A stretch of 64,000 bases of DNA from Bacteroidota bacterium (lineage in GTDB: Bacteria > Bacteroidota > Bacteroidia > Bacteroidales > GCA-2748055), in assembly GCA_039714775.1 (NCBI GenBank), contig JBDLIQ010000005.1, positions 923-64,922 of the forward strand. The letters run 5' to 3'. Shown one piece after another: positions 29,946-39,696 of this stretch (the stretch's first letter is position 1; each line of letters begins with the position of its first letter). The notes below the pieces were generated by a model. It searched no databases and was not told the DNA's origin. It saw only the letters and a list, made by a program, of their open reading frames with translations. Made by a program: the position numbers and the translations under genes.

Positions 29946-31181
29946 TTAGCGCCTCTTCTTTTTCCTGCTCTTCTGAAAGGCCTCCTCTTCATCCAGTAGC
30001 GATTGCCAGTCAGTGCTTTCGTTCTCCATGGATGAAGCAATGGTATCTTTGTAGAAGCCTTTGGAGATCTCGGTTCTGTAGATCGGCTTTCCCAGTTGCT
30101 GTTCAATGGTGTCCAGCATCTCTTTCTCTTCGGAGCTGCAAAATGAGATGGCCTGCCCCTTTTGTCTGCCACGACCCGTTCTTCCCACCCTGTGTACATA
30201 GTGTTCAGGTGATTCGGGCAGGTCATAATTGACCACATATTCTACATCCGGGATATCGATCCCGCGCGCGCTTACATCGGTAGCAATCAATACTTTCAGA
30301 TCTCCGTCCCTGAAATGTTTCATGGTCTTCTCACGCTCCTCCTGCGCCTTATCACCATGGATACTCTCTGCTGTAACCCCTACCCTTTCCAGCGCTTTGA
30401 GGACCCGTTCGGCCCGGATTTTTGTTCTTACAAATACCAGGATCTTCTGCTCCGGATTGTTTTTTACCACATTCTCAAGGAAAAAACGCTTGTCGTCCAT
30501 CTCGATGAATGCCACTGCATGTTCGATGTTTTTGGCCACCGGATCTTTGGGAGATATCTGGATCCGGATGGCATCGGTCACCAGCGAGTAGGCGATCTTT
30601 TTAATCTTTTCGTTGATGGTTGCAGAGAAAAAGAGGGTTTGTCGCTTCCGGGGCAGGTGCTGCATCAAATCGCGGATGTCCTTAATAAACCCCAGGTCAA
30701 GCATGTGATCGGCCTCATCCAGCACCAGGATCTCGACCCGTTTGAGCAACAGGGCACCCTGGCTCACCAGGTCGAACATCCTTCCGGGGGTGGCAACCAG
30801 CACATCCACCCCTTTTTCCAGCTGCTCTTTCTGCGGATCCTGGTCCACCCCGCCGTGAATGGCAAATGATTTTACCCGGGTATGTTTCCCCAGGGTCTTA
30901 AATACCGCGTCGGTTTGCAAAGCCAGTTCATGTGTGGGCACCATCACCAGGCACTTCACACCGTCGGGTCTTCCCTTAATTTTTCGTTCCTGCAGTGTAT
31001 GCAGAACGGGGATCGCATAGGCAGCAGTTTTCCCGGTACCGGTCTGGGCAATGGCCAGCACATCCTCTCCGCGCAGTATGGGAGGAATGGATTTAAACTG
31101 AATATCGGTGGGCTTTTTATAACCCAGCTTGGAGATGCTGGTTTTGATTCCGTCGGCAATGCGGTATTCCTCAAATTTCAT
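29946..31181 (-). CDS. DEAD-box ATP-dependent RNA helicase
   Basis: Q-motif TDIQ, AQTGTGKTAAY, DEAD, SAT and HRVGRTGRG, with a K/R-rich tail. I prefer the start MKFEEY (31181) over the track's 31208. Confidence 0.92.
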   Translation of the reverse strand: MKFEEYRIADGIKTSISKLGYKKPTDIQFKSIPPILRGEDVLAIAQTGTGKTAAYAIPVLHTLQERKIKGRPDGVKCLVMVPTHELALQTDAVFKTLGKHTRVKSFAIHGGVDQDPQKEQLEKGVDVLVATPGRMFDLVSQGALLLKRVEILVLDEADHMLDLGFIKDIRDLMQHLPRKRQTLFFSATINEKIKKIAYSLVTDAIRIQISPKDPVAKNIEHAVAFIEMDDKRFFLENVVKNNPEQKILVFVRTKIRAERVLKALERVGVTAESIHGDKAQEEREKTMKHFRDGDLKVLIATDVSARGIDIPDVEYVVNYDLPESPEHYVHRVGRTGRGRQKGQAISFCSSEEKEMLDTIEQQLGKPIYRTEISKGFYKDTIASSMENESTDWQSLLDEEEAFQKSRKKKRR

Positions 31182-31445
31182 GGCGCAAAGATCTGCATAT
31201 TCCTGCAAAGGGTCAAATCTATTAAGAGAATTATATAAGCTCTAAAGGTTATAATATTTGCTTTTTCCCTTGAAGAGTCGAATTCTCACAGATTTAATTA
31301 TCTTTGTCAAAATTTTCTTAGCCGACTTTCTAATTAGGCAGTTTTCCCGATTTCCAGGGACCCCTCTCTTTTTTTTCTGATTCCGCTAAGGACGGCAACT
31401 CTTTGAAGTTCGCCCACTTTATATGTACCAGCATTCCATAAAGGG

Positions 31446-32711
31446 ATGCTTAAAATCAATTTTATGAGTAATTCAACAGTAAGAAACAGACAAAGTAGTA
31501 ACGCAACAAACAGACAAAGTAGTAAAACAACAACCAAACAATACAGACACTCCGGCGGTGGCCGGAACAACCGAAACAGCTCCAGGGGAGGTCAAAAAGT
31601 ATCAAAACTTGACCCTAACCTGCTTGTCAAAGAGGCCGCATCCCAGACAGAGCAGAAGGACTTTCGCTCCGATCGCCTGATCAGTGAGCTTCCAATCAGC
31701 ACGAAACTGAAGCAAGCGCTTCAGAAGAAGGGATTTGAGAGACCTACAGAGATCCAGGAGAGGACCCTGGATGCATTGATGCAGGGAAAAGACCTGCTGG
31801 GGATCGCACAGACAGGCACAGGAAAAACCGGTGCATTCCTTGTACCCATTATTGAGAAGCTGCTTCACAAAAGGGTGAACCCGTATGCATTGATAGTGGT
31901 ACCCACAAGGGAGCTGGCCCTGCAGGTTGAAGAGGAGTTTAAGAGCATGACCATGGGATTGGGACTCTACAGCGCGTGTTTCATTGGTGGTACCAACATC
32001 AACAGGGACCTGCAGACCCTTCGCAGGAACAGCCATGTGGTGATTGCCACACCGGGCAGGTTGCTGGATCTTACAGATCGCAGGGCGATTGATCTTGGAA
32101 AGTTTAAGACACTTGTTTTGGACGAATTCGACCGCATGCTTGATATGGGTTTCATTCGCGATGTAAACCGGATTCTTGAAGGGATGAAACAGCGCAACCA
32201 CACCATGCTGTTTTCAGCCACCCTGGACAGATCACAACAATCGATGATCAACAGAATACTACGCGATCCTGTCACCGTTAAAGTGAGCAGTGGTGATCAT
32301 ACCGGCGATACCATCGACCAGGATGTGATCCGGCTTAAACCGGGTGAAGATAAATTTGCTATTCTGAAAGGGATGCTGGGCAGGCACGATTTTGAAAAGG
32401 TGCTTCTGTTTGAGGAGACAAAGCACAAGGTTAGTAGATTGTGTCTCAAACTGAACAAGGCGGGGATCCCGGCTGAGCAGATCCACGGAAACAAGAGCCA
32501 GAATGCACGGCAAAACGCACTGAAGGCATTCAAACAGGGACGTGTAAAGGTGCTGGTAGCTACCGATGTGGCCTCCCGCGGTCTCGACATCTCTGATGTT
32601 TCACATGTGATCAATTACCAGGTACCTCAGACACATGACAGCTACATTCACCGCATCGGTCGCACTGGCCGTGCAGGAAAGGCCGGAAAGGCCTATACGT
32701 TTGTAGCCTGA
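31446..32711 (+). CDS. DEAD-box ATP-dependent RNA helicase with an N/S/R-rich N-terminal extension
   Basis: AQTGTGKTGAF, a DEFD variant of the DEAD box, SAT and HRIGRTGRAG. An alternative start lies at 31464. Confidence 0.9.
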   Translation: MLKINFMSNSTVRNRQSSNATNRQSSKTTTKQYRHSGGGRNNRNSSRGGQKVSKLDPNLLVKEAASQTEQKDFRSDRLISELPISTKLKQALQKKGFERPTEIQERTLDALMQGKDLLGIAQTGTGKTGAFLVPIIEKLLHKRVNPYALIVVPTRELALQVEEEFKSMTMGLGLYSACFIGGTNINRDLQTLRRNSHVVIATPGRLLDLTDRRAIDLGKFKTLVLDEFDRMLDMGFIRDVNRILEGMKQRNHTMLFSATLDRSQQSMINRILRDPVTVKVSSGDHTGDTIDQDVIRLKPGEDKFAILKGMLGRHDFEKVLLFEETKHKVSRLCLKLNKAGIPAEQIHGNKSQNARQNALKAFKQGRVKVLVATDVASRGLDISDVSHVINYQVPQTHDSYIHRIGRTGRAGKAGKAYTFVA

Positions 32712-32768
32712 TCCGGGATTGATAAGAAAGATAGCTATCTTTAGATAATAGCTAATTCTTAACACTCC

Positions 32769-34022
32769 ATGAAGTCTCTCTATCTACCTCTTCTACTCGC
32801 TCTGCTCTTCTCATGTACAGGCAAGGGTCCACAAACTCAGAAAGTTTCGCAGATCCATGAATGGCGGGGAGAGAACCGCAGCGGGATCTATCACGAAACG
32901 AATCTGCTGAAGGAGTGGCCCGATGGAGGTCCGGCCGAGATCTGGCACCTGGAGGGGATCGGAGCTGGTTACGGCTCACCGGTGGTGGCGGATGACAGGC
33001 TCTTTGTAACAGGCTCTGTTGACAGTACGGCCTGGTTGTATTGCATCAGCCTGGAGGGCGAAATCCTCTGGACAAAAGAGCTGGGCATGGAGTGGACAGG
33101 CAGCTATCCCGGTTCGCGCTCTGCCCCTACCGTTGTGGACGATCTGGTATACGCAGGAACCGGGAAGGGAGATCTTTATTGTGTTGATTACAAGTCCGGC
33201 AAGGAGGTCTGGAGAAAAAATTTTGCGGAAGACCTGGGTGGATCCCATGGTTTGTTCGGGCATTCAGAATCCCCTGCTATTGAAGGAAATATGGTCTTCT
33301 GGACCGTGGGAGGTAAAGAGAAAAATGTGGTGGCTCTTGACCGCTATTCCGGAGAGCTGCTCTGGAGCAATCCGGGTCATGGTGAGTACCCCTCTTACGG
33401 CTCCCCAAGGGTGATCACACTTCCGGAACGTAAGATCCTTATCACCTTTTCAGCCTACTACCTGATGGGTTTCGATACCGAATCGGGGGAGATGCTCTGG
33501 TCGCATGAACAGGACATTATCCCTTTAGAGATGCGCGAACCGGGGAGTGGTGACACACATGCCAATACGGTTTTGTATGAAAACGGGGCCATCTACTATG
33601 CAGCGGGTGACGGGAACTGTGCGGTAAAACTGGAGCTTTCGGCAGATGGTTCGGAGATCAGGGAGGTTTGGAGAAACAGGGGGTTTAACAGCTATATGGG
33701 GGGAATTGTGAAGATCGGAGATACCCTGTATGGCAGTGCGGCAATGAAACCCTACCTGAAATCGATCGATGTGACCACAGGCCGGATCACCGACTCCCTG
33801 AAAATCGGTCCGGGAGCGGTTATTGCCGCTGACCAGATGCTCTACTATTATAGCAGGAGGGGTGAAATGAAACTGGTCAGCTATGATAAGGGTGATATTG
33901 AAGAGGTGAGTTCTTTTAAAATTACCCGGGGCAATAAGGAACACTTCTCGCACCCTGTGATCAACCAGGGGGTTCTTTATATCCGGCACGGGGATGTTTT
34001 AATGGCATTTGACATTGCATAG
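32769..34022 (+). CDS. PQQ-like beta-propeller repeat lipoprotein (BamB-like fold)
   Basis: Lipobox LLALLFSC. Repeated motifs of the form ...G.L.W... are typical of PQQ-like propeller blades. Confidence 0.7.
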   Translation: MKSLYLPLLLALLFSCTGKGPQTQKVSQIHEWRGENRSGIYHETNLLKEWPDGGPAEIWHLEGIGAGYGSPVVADDRLFVTGSVDSTAWLYCISLEGEILWTKELGMEWTGSYPGSRSAPTVVDDLVYAGTGKGDLYCVDYKSGKEVWRKNFAEDLGGSHGLFGHSESPAIEGNMVFWTVGGKEKNVVALDRYSGELLWSNPGHGEYPSYGSPRVITLPERKILITFSAYYLMGFDTESGEMLWSHEQDIIPLEMREPGSGDTHANTVLYENGAIYYAAGDGNCAVKLELSADGSEIREVWRNRGFNSYMGGIVKIGDTLYGSAAMKPYLKSIDVTTGRITDSLKIGPGAVIAADQMLYYYSRRGEMKLVSYDKGDIEEVSSFKITRGNKEHFSHPVINQGVLYIRHGDVLMAFDIA

Positions 34023-34099
34023 GCAGTTCTTCGTTTTAATTAAAGAGGTTTATTTTCGTTTCTTTTCGCTAATTTGTAAAGGAATTCCACAAATTCCTG

Positions 34100-34753
34100 A
34101 TGACTACAGAAAACAGAGACAACCGCGAACCTGCAACAGAACCCGGGATCTCCAGGCGGTATACCCAATTGAAAGAGAAGGGTTTTTTCAGGTATGTGGG
34201 CCGCAATGTCCTGTTGATTATTGCCATTTATGCCCTGCTGGTCATGCTGGTATTTCTTATGGGGAGATACCTGGTCGATTTTAATGCACTGTTTGGAGGG
34301 CTCCTGGACAGGCTTTCGGACAGATTTGTAATCCTCCTCTTTTTTGCCTCTGAATCGTTCACCGGCATGATCCCTGTGGATCTCTTTGTGGTGTGGGCAC
34401 AGAAATTTGAGCAACCCCTTCCCTACCTTCTTCTCTTTGGTGGCCTCTCCTATGCAGGAGGTGTGATTTCATACGGTATCGGGCGCTGGATATCCAGGTG
34501 GCCACGGGTGACCTCCTTCACAGAGAGGAGACTGGAGGCGTACATCAATTTTGCCCGCAGATGGGGAGGCGCTTTTATTGTGATTGCCGCACTCTTTCCC
34601 TTTACCCCTTTCTCCCTGGTGGTTATCGCCCTTACCATGTTAAAATTCCCCTTCAGGCTCTTCCTGCTGTTTGCACTCACAAGGCTGGTCAGGTTTGCAA
34701 TACAGGGGTTCTTCTTTTTTGACCTGTTAAAGGTGGATCTCTGGCTTGTCTGA
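34100..34753 (+). CDS. DedA/YqaA-like (VTT domain) membrane protein
   Basis: Four to five TM segments. ESFTGMIPVDLFVVW and GGAFIVIAALFPFTPFSLVVIA resemble the SNARE-associated/VTT family. Confidence 0.5.
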   Translation: MTTENRDNREPATEPGISRRYTQLKEKGFFRYVGRNVLLIIAIYALLVMLVFLMGRYLVDFNALFGGLLDRLSDRFVILLFFASESFTGMIPVDLFVVWAQKFEQPLPYLLLFGGLSYAGGVISYGIGRWISRWPRVTSFTERRLEAYINFARRWGGAFIVIAALFPFTPFSLVVIALTMLKFPFRLFLLFALTRLVRFAIQGFFFFDLLKVDLWLV

Positions 34754-34837
34754 CCTCTTTGATAAAATAGTGATCCCCCCTGCCATGTTTCATTCGTACT
34801 TTTAGATTGTATAATTCATCGAACAAAAAATGTATCC

Positions 34838-35551
34838 ATGGAAAAAGCAAGTGAACTGGCAAAAATGATCGACCACTCCATACTTCACCCCACAATGACC
34901 GATCTTCATTTGAAGGCTGAATGTGAGGTAGCAAGAAAATATCATGTGGCATCGGTATGTGTGAAACCCTATGCAGTTAAGGAGGCAGTCAGATTGCTGG
35001 AGGGTTCGGATGTGCTGGTGGGTTGTGTAATCGGATTCCCGGCCGGCAATTCTGCCATCGAAGTCAAGGTATTTGAAGCGGAGAGAGCCTGCAGGGAGGG
35101 AGCAGTGGAGATTGATATGGTGATCAATATCGGGAAAGCCCTGCAGGGTGAGTGGAAATATCTGGAAGAGGAGATTGGTGCGGTGACACGCGCATGCCAT
35201 GCAAATGGTGCCATTGTCAAGGTAATTTTCGAGACTGACTATGTCAGCAACGAATCGGATATTGTGAAGTTGTGCCAGCTCTGTACCACGGTGGGTGCAG
35301 ATTATGTAAAGACATCAACCGGTTTCGGTTTCGTTAAAGGTTCGGATGGGAAATACAGTTACCTGGGTGCCACAATACCCAATCTGAAGCTGATGAAAGC
35401 GAGTGTGGGAGCGGGTGTCAGGGTGAAGGCAGCTGGCGGTGTGAGGAGCCTTGATCAGCTGATCGCGGTGCGTGACGCAGGCTGTACCCGGTGCGGTGCA
35501 ACAGCCACAGTGGCCATCATGGAAGATGCATACAAACGGTTTGGATCATAA
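34838..35551 (+). CDS. deoC: Deoxyribose-phosphate aldolase
   Basis: MIDHSILHP, VASVCVKP, EIDMVINIG and Schiff-base lysine context DYVKTSTGF. Confidence 0.9.
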   Translation: MEKASELAKMIDHSILHPTMTDLHLKAECEVARKYHVASVCVKPYAVKEAVRLLEGSDVLVGCVIGFPAGNSAIEVKVFEAERACREGAVEIDMVINIGKALQGEWKYLEEEIGAVTRACHANGAIVKVIFETDYVSNESDIVKLCQLCTTVGADYVKTSTGFGFVKGSDGKYSYLGATIPNLKLMKASVGAGVRVKAAGGVRSLDQLIAVRDAGCTRCGATATVAIMEDAYKRFGS

Positions 35552-35562
35552 AAAGAGAGATC

Positions 35563-36930
35563 ATGAGGGCCCTTTACATCTTACTTCTCCTGTTCCTGGT
35601 ATTGCATTCGTGTAACTGGGAAACCGACTCTGGCAAACCCAATTTTGTGATCATTTTCCTGGACGATGCAGGATGGGCCGATTTTGAACCATTCAGTAAG
35701 GAATCTCCTGAGACTCCGCACATTACACAGCTTGCCCTGGAGGGTTGTGCCTTCCATAACTTCTATGTGCCTCAGGCGGTCTGTTCTGCATCCAGGGCTG
35801 CACTCTTAACCGGTTGCTATCCGGGAAGAACCGGCGTGTTTGGTGCACACATTCCGGGTGCCTGGGGATTGGATACAGCATTTGCCACCATGGGAGAGGT
35901 TTTCGGAGAGGCGGGTTACGCTACAGCCGCATTCGGGAAATGGCATTGCGGGGACCAGCCCGAAACCCGTTCGCATTCCCGGGGATTTCAGGAGAGCTGC
36001 GGACTGATGTACTCCAACGACATGTGGAAATATCACCCGGGCAACCCGGACTACTGGGGAGAGTGGCCGCTGCAGTTCTGGGAGAACGGGGAGGTGACTA
36101 TAGAGGAGGTAGAGAAGGCTGATCAGAAAAACCTGACACGCTCCTATACAGAGCATGCCGTGGACTTTATTGAGCGATACAAGCGGCAGCCATTCCTGCT
36201 TTATATCCCCCACAGCATGCCCCATGTACCTCTCTTTTGCAGTGATGAGTTTGTGGGGAAATCAGGAAAGGGTTTGTATTGGGATGTTATGCTGGAGTTG
36301 GACTGGAGTGTGGGAGCGATCAACCAGGCATTGAAGGATGCAGGAGTTGAACAGAATACCATGGTGATACTCACATCGGATAACGGACCGTGGATCTCTT
36401 ATGGGGATCATGCAGGAACTACCCCGTTCAGGGAGGCGAAAGGAACCACTTTTGATGGTGGAGTTCGTTCAGCCTGCATCATGAAATACCGGTCGCATAT
36501 TGAAGGTGGAACAGTCTCAAAGCGCACCATTGGTTCGGTGGACCTCCTCCCCACCCTCTGCCATTTGGCCGGCCTCCCTCTGCCTGATAATGAGATCGAT
36601 GGTGAGAATGTATGGGATCTCATCCGGGGAGCTGAGGGAGCTGAGAACCCCCACCCTTATTATGCCTTCTCCAATAACAGGAGTTTTGAGGGGGTAATAA
36701 GCGGGGATGGCAGATGGAAACTGCACCTCTCCCACCCATATCGATCGCTTGCGGAAGCCGGCAGCAATGGTTTACCCGGAAAGTACCGTATACTTCAAAC
36801 AGATACCGCCCTCTTTAACATGGAAGAAGATCCCTTCGAGACCACCAATGTGATTGCTGAATACCCTGAGGTTGCCAGGGAGTTGATTCTCCTGGCCCGG
36901 TTGCACAAAGAGCAGTTCTACGCCGAATAA
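35563..36930 (+). CDS. Arylsulfatase-family sulfatase (formylglycine-dependent)
   Basis: Signal peptide MRALYILLLLFLVLHSC, NFVIIFLDDAGWADF, and FGly motif CSASRAALLTG. The start is at ATG 35563, not the track's 35491, which overlaps deoC. Confidence 0.9.
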   Translation: MRALYILLLLFLVLHSCNWETDSGKPNFVIIFLDDAGWADFEPFSKESPETPHITQLALEGCAFHNFYVPQAVCSASRAALLTGCYPGRTGVFGAHIPGAWGLDTAFATMGEVFGEAGYATAAFGKWHCGDQPETRSHSRGFQESCGLMYSNDMWKYHPGNPDYWGEWPLQFWENGEVTIEEVEKADQKNLTRSYTEHAVDFIERYKRQPFLLYIPHSMPHVPLFCSDEFVGKSGKGLYWDVMLELDWSVGAINQALKDAGVEQNTMVILTSDNGPWISYGDHAGTTPFREAKGTTFDGGVRSACIMKYRSHIEGGTVSKRTIGSVDLLPTLCHLAGLPLPDNEIDGENVWDLIRGAEGAENPHPYYAFSNNRSFEGVISGDGRWKLHLSHPYRSLAEAGSNGLPGKYRILQTDTALFNMEEDPFETTNVIAEYPEVARELILLARLHKEQFYAE

Positions 36931-36942
36931 CCGGAGAAGACT

Positions 36943-37614
36943 TCACCCAATCTCCTCCGGAACAGCCACCCGGTAGGTAATCCCTGCAGTGGTATCCTTG
37001 TAAAACCTGACCAGCCGCTTGTCGGTAAAGGAGAAGAAGGAGGGGATCACAATGCTTCTCCCGAATGCTTCGGCCAGGACTGGAAGTGCATGTTCCCTCT
37101 GCCACCTGGAGATGGCCTCCAGCGCATCCTTTTTAAGACGCTTTTGTACGCTCTCTTTCACCTCCCGGTTACCGATGTAAGATTCACCCAATTCATTCCT
37201 GTAGGCCTCAAGTGCATCTTTCTCCCTGAGCAGCTCGCCGGAGTATCCCTCCGTGGCAAAATGGAGGTTCATATCAAAATCTCCGATCCTGTAGGTTTTC
37301 TGAAGGATCCGGGAGAAGAGCCGAAGCTCCTTTTCGGAAGGAACCTCCAGCAATGGTGCTGTGAATTGAAATGAAAGCACAAAGACCAGGTACTGATCGG
37401 CATCGAGGGACCCGTGTCTGGCATCAAGCAATCTGGTGTTCAAATAATGCAGGAATTCCTTTATAAACAACGCCTTCTTTGTAGGTGAAAAGTAGTGTTC
37501 AAGCGTTGGTTTTTCACCCTCTCCGGCTTCACATATAGCCAGAACCTCATCGATGGATAGCGTACGCATCCGCTGTTCCGGGCGCGGTTCAGGGTTAAGG
37601 GAGGGTCTCATCAT
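36943..37614 (-). CDS. Hypothetical protein (223 aa), no recognisable motif
   Basis: The ORF has normal amino-acid composition. It lies 6 nt downstream of the 255-aa ORF on the same strand. Confidence 0.6.
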   Translation of the reverse strand: MMRPSLNPEPRPEQRMRTLSIDEVLAICEAGEGEKPTLEHYFSPTKKALFIKEFLHYLNTRLLDARHGSLDADQYLVFVLSFQFTAPLLEVPSEKELRLFSRILQKTYRIGDFDMNLHFATEGYSGELLREKDALEAYRNELGESYIGNREVKESVQKRLKKDALEAISRWQREHALPVLAEAFGRSIVIPSFFSFTDKRLVRFYKDTTAGITYRVAVPEEIG

Positions 37615-37620
37615 TTGATT

Positions 37621-38388
37621 TTAATAGCACTGGGTCAGGGCAGAGCGCCACCAGGAGTAGTGCTGATCCTCCAACTCCTCTGGTTTCGGGAACGGGTAGT
37701 ATACGAAACTCTGCTGGTCGCCCACGAAGAATCCGCTTCTGATGGTCCGGTATGGCAACTCTCCCCGATATTGACGAATGACTGTCTTGGTAAGCCGTTC
37801 GGGCGAGCGCATCAATCTGGAGATGCAATCCCTCAGATGGTCGGGATTGCAATATGGCAGGTCGTGGATCGGTGCATCGGGATGAATGGCCAGTCTGTTC
37901 AGTTTCAGCTCTGCAAAGAAGATCCTGGGGGCTGAAACCGGTTTGGATGTATCGGTTAGAAAATTAATGAACTCAGGTGGAGAGAGTTTGGAGGCTACCC
38001 TGGTACTTATAGGATTGAATTGCTGATAGAGGTGAATTATCTCCTTTTTTTCGGGTTTATAGGTGTGGAGGGGCAGTTCCATTACTTTGCCATCATCGGT
38101 AACCAGGTAGAGATTCATTAATGCCTCCAGGGAAGTGTGTTCAAGCACCCTGTAGATGGAGAGAAAGAGGGAACGCTTTGGTTCGCCATCGTCATAGGGG
38201 ATCAACCGTTTCTCCATATGTTTCACGGGAAGGTGCTCCAGCTGATCAGGATCAACCTCAAAGAAGATGGCCTGGCCCCTGGTACGTTTCTTGGTACCAA
38301 CGGCAAGGTAGTTGCCAAAATCAAAAGGGGCAAGATGTGATGCCACCAGTGATTCGGGCGTAGCCAGGAGATAGATATATTGTTTCAT
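37621..38388 (-). CDS. Hypothetical protein (255 aa), no recognisable motif
   Basis: The ORF has a well-behaved composition (MKQYIYLLATPESLVASHLAPFDFGNYLAVGTKKRTRGQAIFFEV...). It is the first gene of a 2-gene operon. Confidence 0.6.
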   Translation of the reverse strand: MKQYIYLLATPESLVASHLAPFDFGNYLAVGTKKRTRGQAIFFEVDPDQLEHLPVKHMEKRLIPYDDGEPKRSLFLSIYRVLEHTSLEALMNLYLVTDDGKVMELPLHTYKPEKKEIIHLYQQFNPISTRVASKLSPPEFINFLTDTSKPVSAPRIFFAELKLNRLAIHPDAPIHDLPYCNPDHLRDCISRLMRSPERLTKTVIRQYRGELPYRTIRSGFFVGDQQSFVYYPFPKPEELEDQHYSWWRSALTQCY

Positions 38389-38587
38389 GGCGGTGGAGTT
38401 TTAGGTTCTCTATAAAAATACGACGCCACCAGACAAAAGTCAAGGAAAGCAACATGTTACTTAAGGCTTAGCTAACCCAACAGAAGGATCCAAATGATCT
38501 TTGATCCCTATCGGAAAGAACAAAATAGAGGCATATTGGTTAATGTATCAAAGGAAATATTGCATTAACCAGATAATTCATTCTAAT

Positions 38588-39007
38588 ATGTCAGTCAGAA
38601 CAGCAAAATCACAATGGAACGGTACCCTGAAAGATGGGAAGGGTACCATGAATTTCAGCAATTACAGCGGACCTTTCACCTTTAAATCCCGGTTTGAAGA
38701 GGGCGATGGAACCAATCCTGAGGAACTGATCGGAGCAGCGCATTCGGGTTGCTACTCCATGTTCCTGGCCGCCCTTATTGGCGGAGAGGGTCTCACTCCT
38801 GAGAGTGTGGAAACAACAGCAAAGGTGCACCTGGGAAAAGATGACACCGGACCCGTGATCACCACCATTGAATTGAACAGCGAAGTGAGGTGCGAAGGTC
38901 TTTCTCAGGAGAAATTTGAAACACTATCCGCGGCGGCCAAGGAGAAGTGTCCTATTTCAAGACTGGTGGCGGCTGCCGATATCAAGCTGACAGCGACCCT
39001 GTTATAA
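38588..39007 (+). CDS. osmC: OsmC family peroxiredoxin
   Basis: MSVRTAKSQWNGTLKDGKGTM...NPEELIGAAHSGCYSM...KEKCPIS, carrying the two conserved Cys residues. The start is at ATG 38588. Confidence 0.88.
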   Translation: MSVRTAKSQWNGTLKDGKGTMNFSNYSGPFTFKSRFEEGDGTNPEELIGAAHSGCYSMFLAALIGGEGLTPESVETTAKVHLGKDDTGPVITTIELNSEVRCEGLSQEKFETLSAAAKEKCPISRLVAAADIKLTATLL

Positions 39008-39033
39008 CCTCTGTTGGCTCGCCTGTTTGCAGA

Positions 39034-39603
39034 TCATCTGATCCATTTTGGAAGGTCGGGTGCGGTGTATGCATCCATCTGGTCAATCAACTCTTCGATG
39101 TTGTCGCTGACCAGTACCATATCACGGTTGATCCCGGTCAGAAATCCCTCATCCACCATGGAGTCGATGGCTTTTAACAGGTGGGTGAAATAGCCATTCA
39201 CATTGAGTACCCCCACCGGTTTCTGGTGAAGCCCCAGTTGTCCCCATGTGAGTATCTCAAAGAGTTCATCCAGGGTGCCAAAGCCTCCGGGAAGGGCGAT
39301 AACACCATCGGTCATTTCATGGATCAGGGCCTTCCGTTCATGCATGGTCTCTACCGTAACCATCTCTGTAAGACCATCATGTGCCACCTCTTTCACATGG
39401 AGGAACCGGGGAATGACACCGATGATCTCCCCACCTGCATCCAGGGCAGCATCGGCCAGAATGCCCATCAGTCCCACCTTTCCACCTCCAAAAACCAGCT
39501 GAGTTTTCTTTTCTGCCAGAATCCTTCCCACTCTGACAGCCTCCTCTTTATAAACTCCGTTGGTTCCTGCACTGGAACCACAGAATACTGCAATACGTTT
39601 CAT
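39034..39603 (-). CDS. LOG family (TIGR00730-type) nucleotide phosphoribohydrolase
   Basis: VFGGGKVGLMG and the PGGFGTLDELFE motif. Confidence 0.88.
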   Translation of the reverse strand: MKRIAVFCGSSAGTNGVYKEEAVRVGRILAEKKTQLVFGGGKVGLMGILADAALDAGGEIIGVIPRFLHVKEVAHDGLTEMVTVETMHERKALIHEMTDGVIALPGGFGTLDELFEILTWGQLGLHQKPVGVLNVNGYFTHLLKAIDSMVDEGFLTGINRDMVLVSDNIEELIDQMDAYTAPDLPKWIR

Positions 39604-39638
39604 ACTGTCAAGATATGTAATTCATCTGCATTGTCTAC

Positions 39639-39673
39639 AAAAAAGTGATCCGGAAAGAGAATTCCGGATCACT
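39639..39673 (-). terminator. Rho-independent terminator of trpB2
   Basis: On the minus strand a perfect 12-bp stem (AGTGATCCGGAA/TTCCGGATCACT) with a 6-nt loop is followed by TTTTTT. Confidence 0.75.
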
Positions 39674-39696
39674 GTTCGTAATAGGAGATCTGTTAC

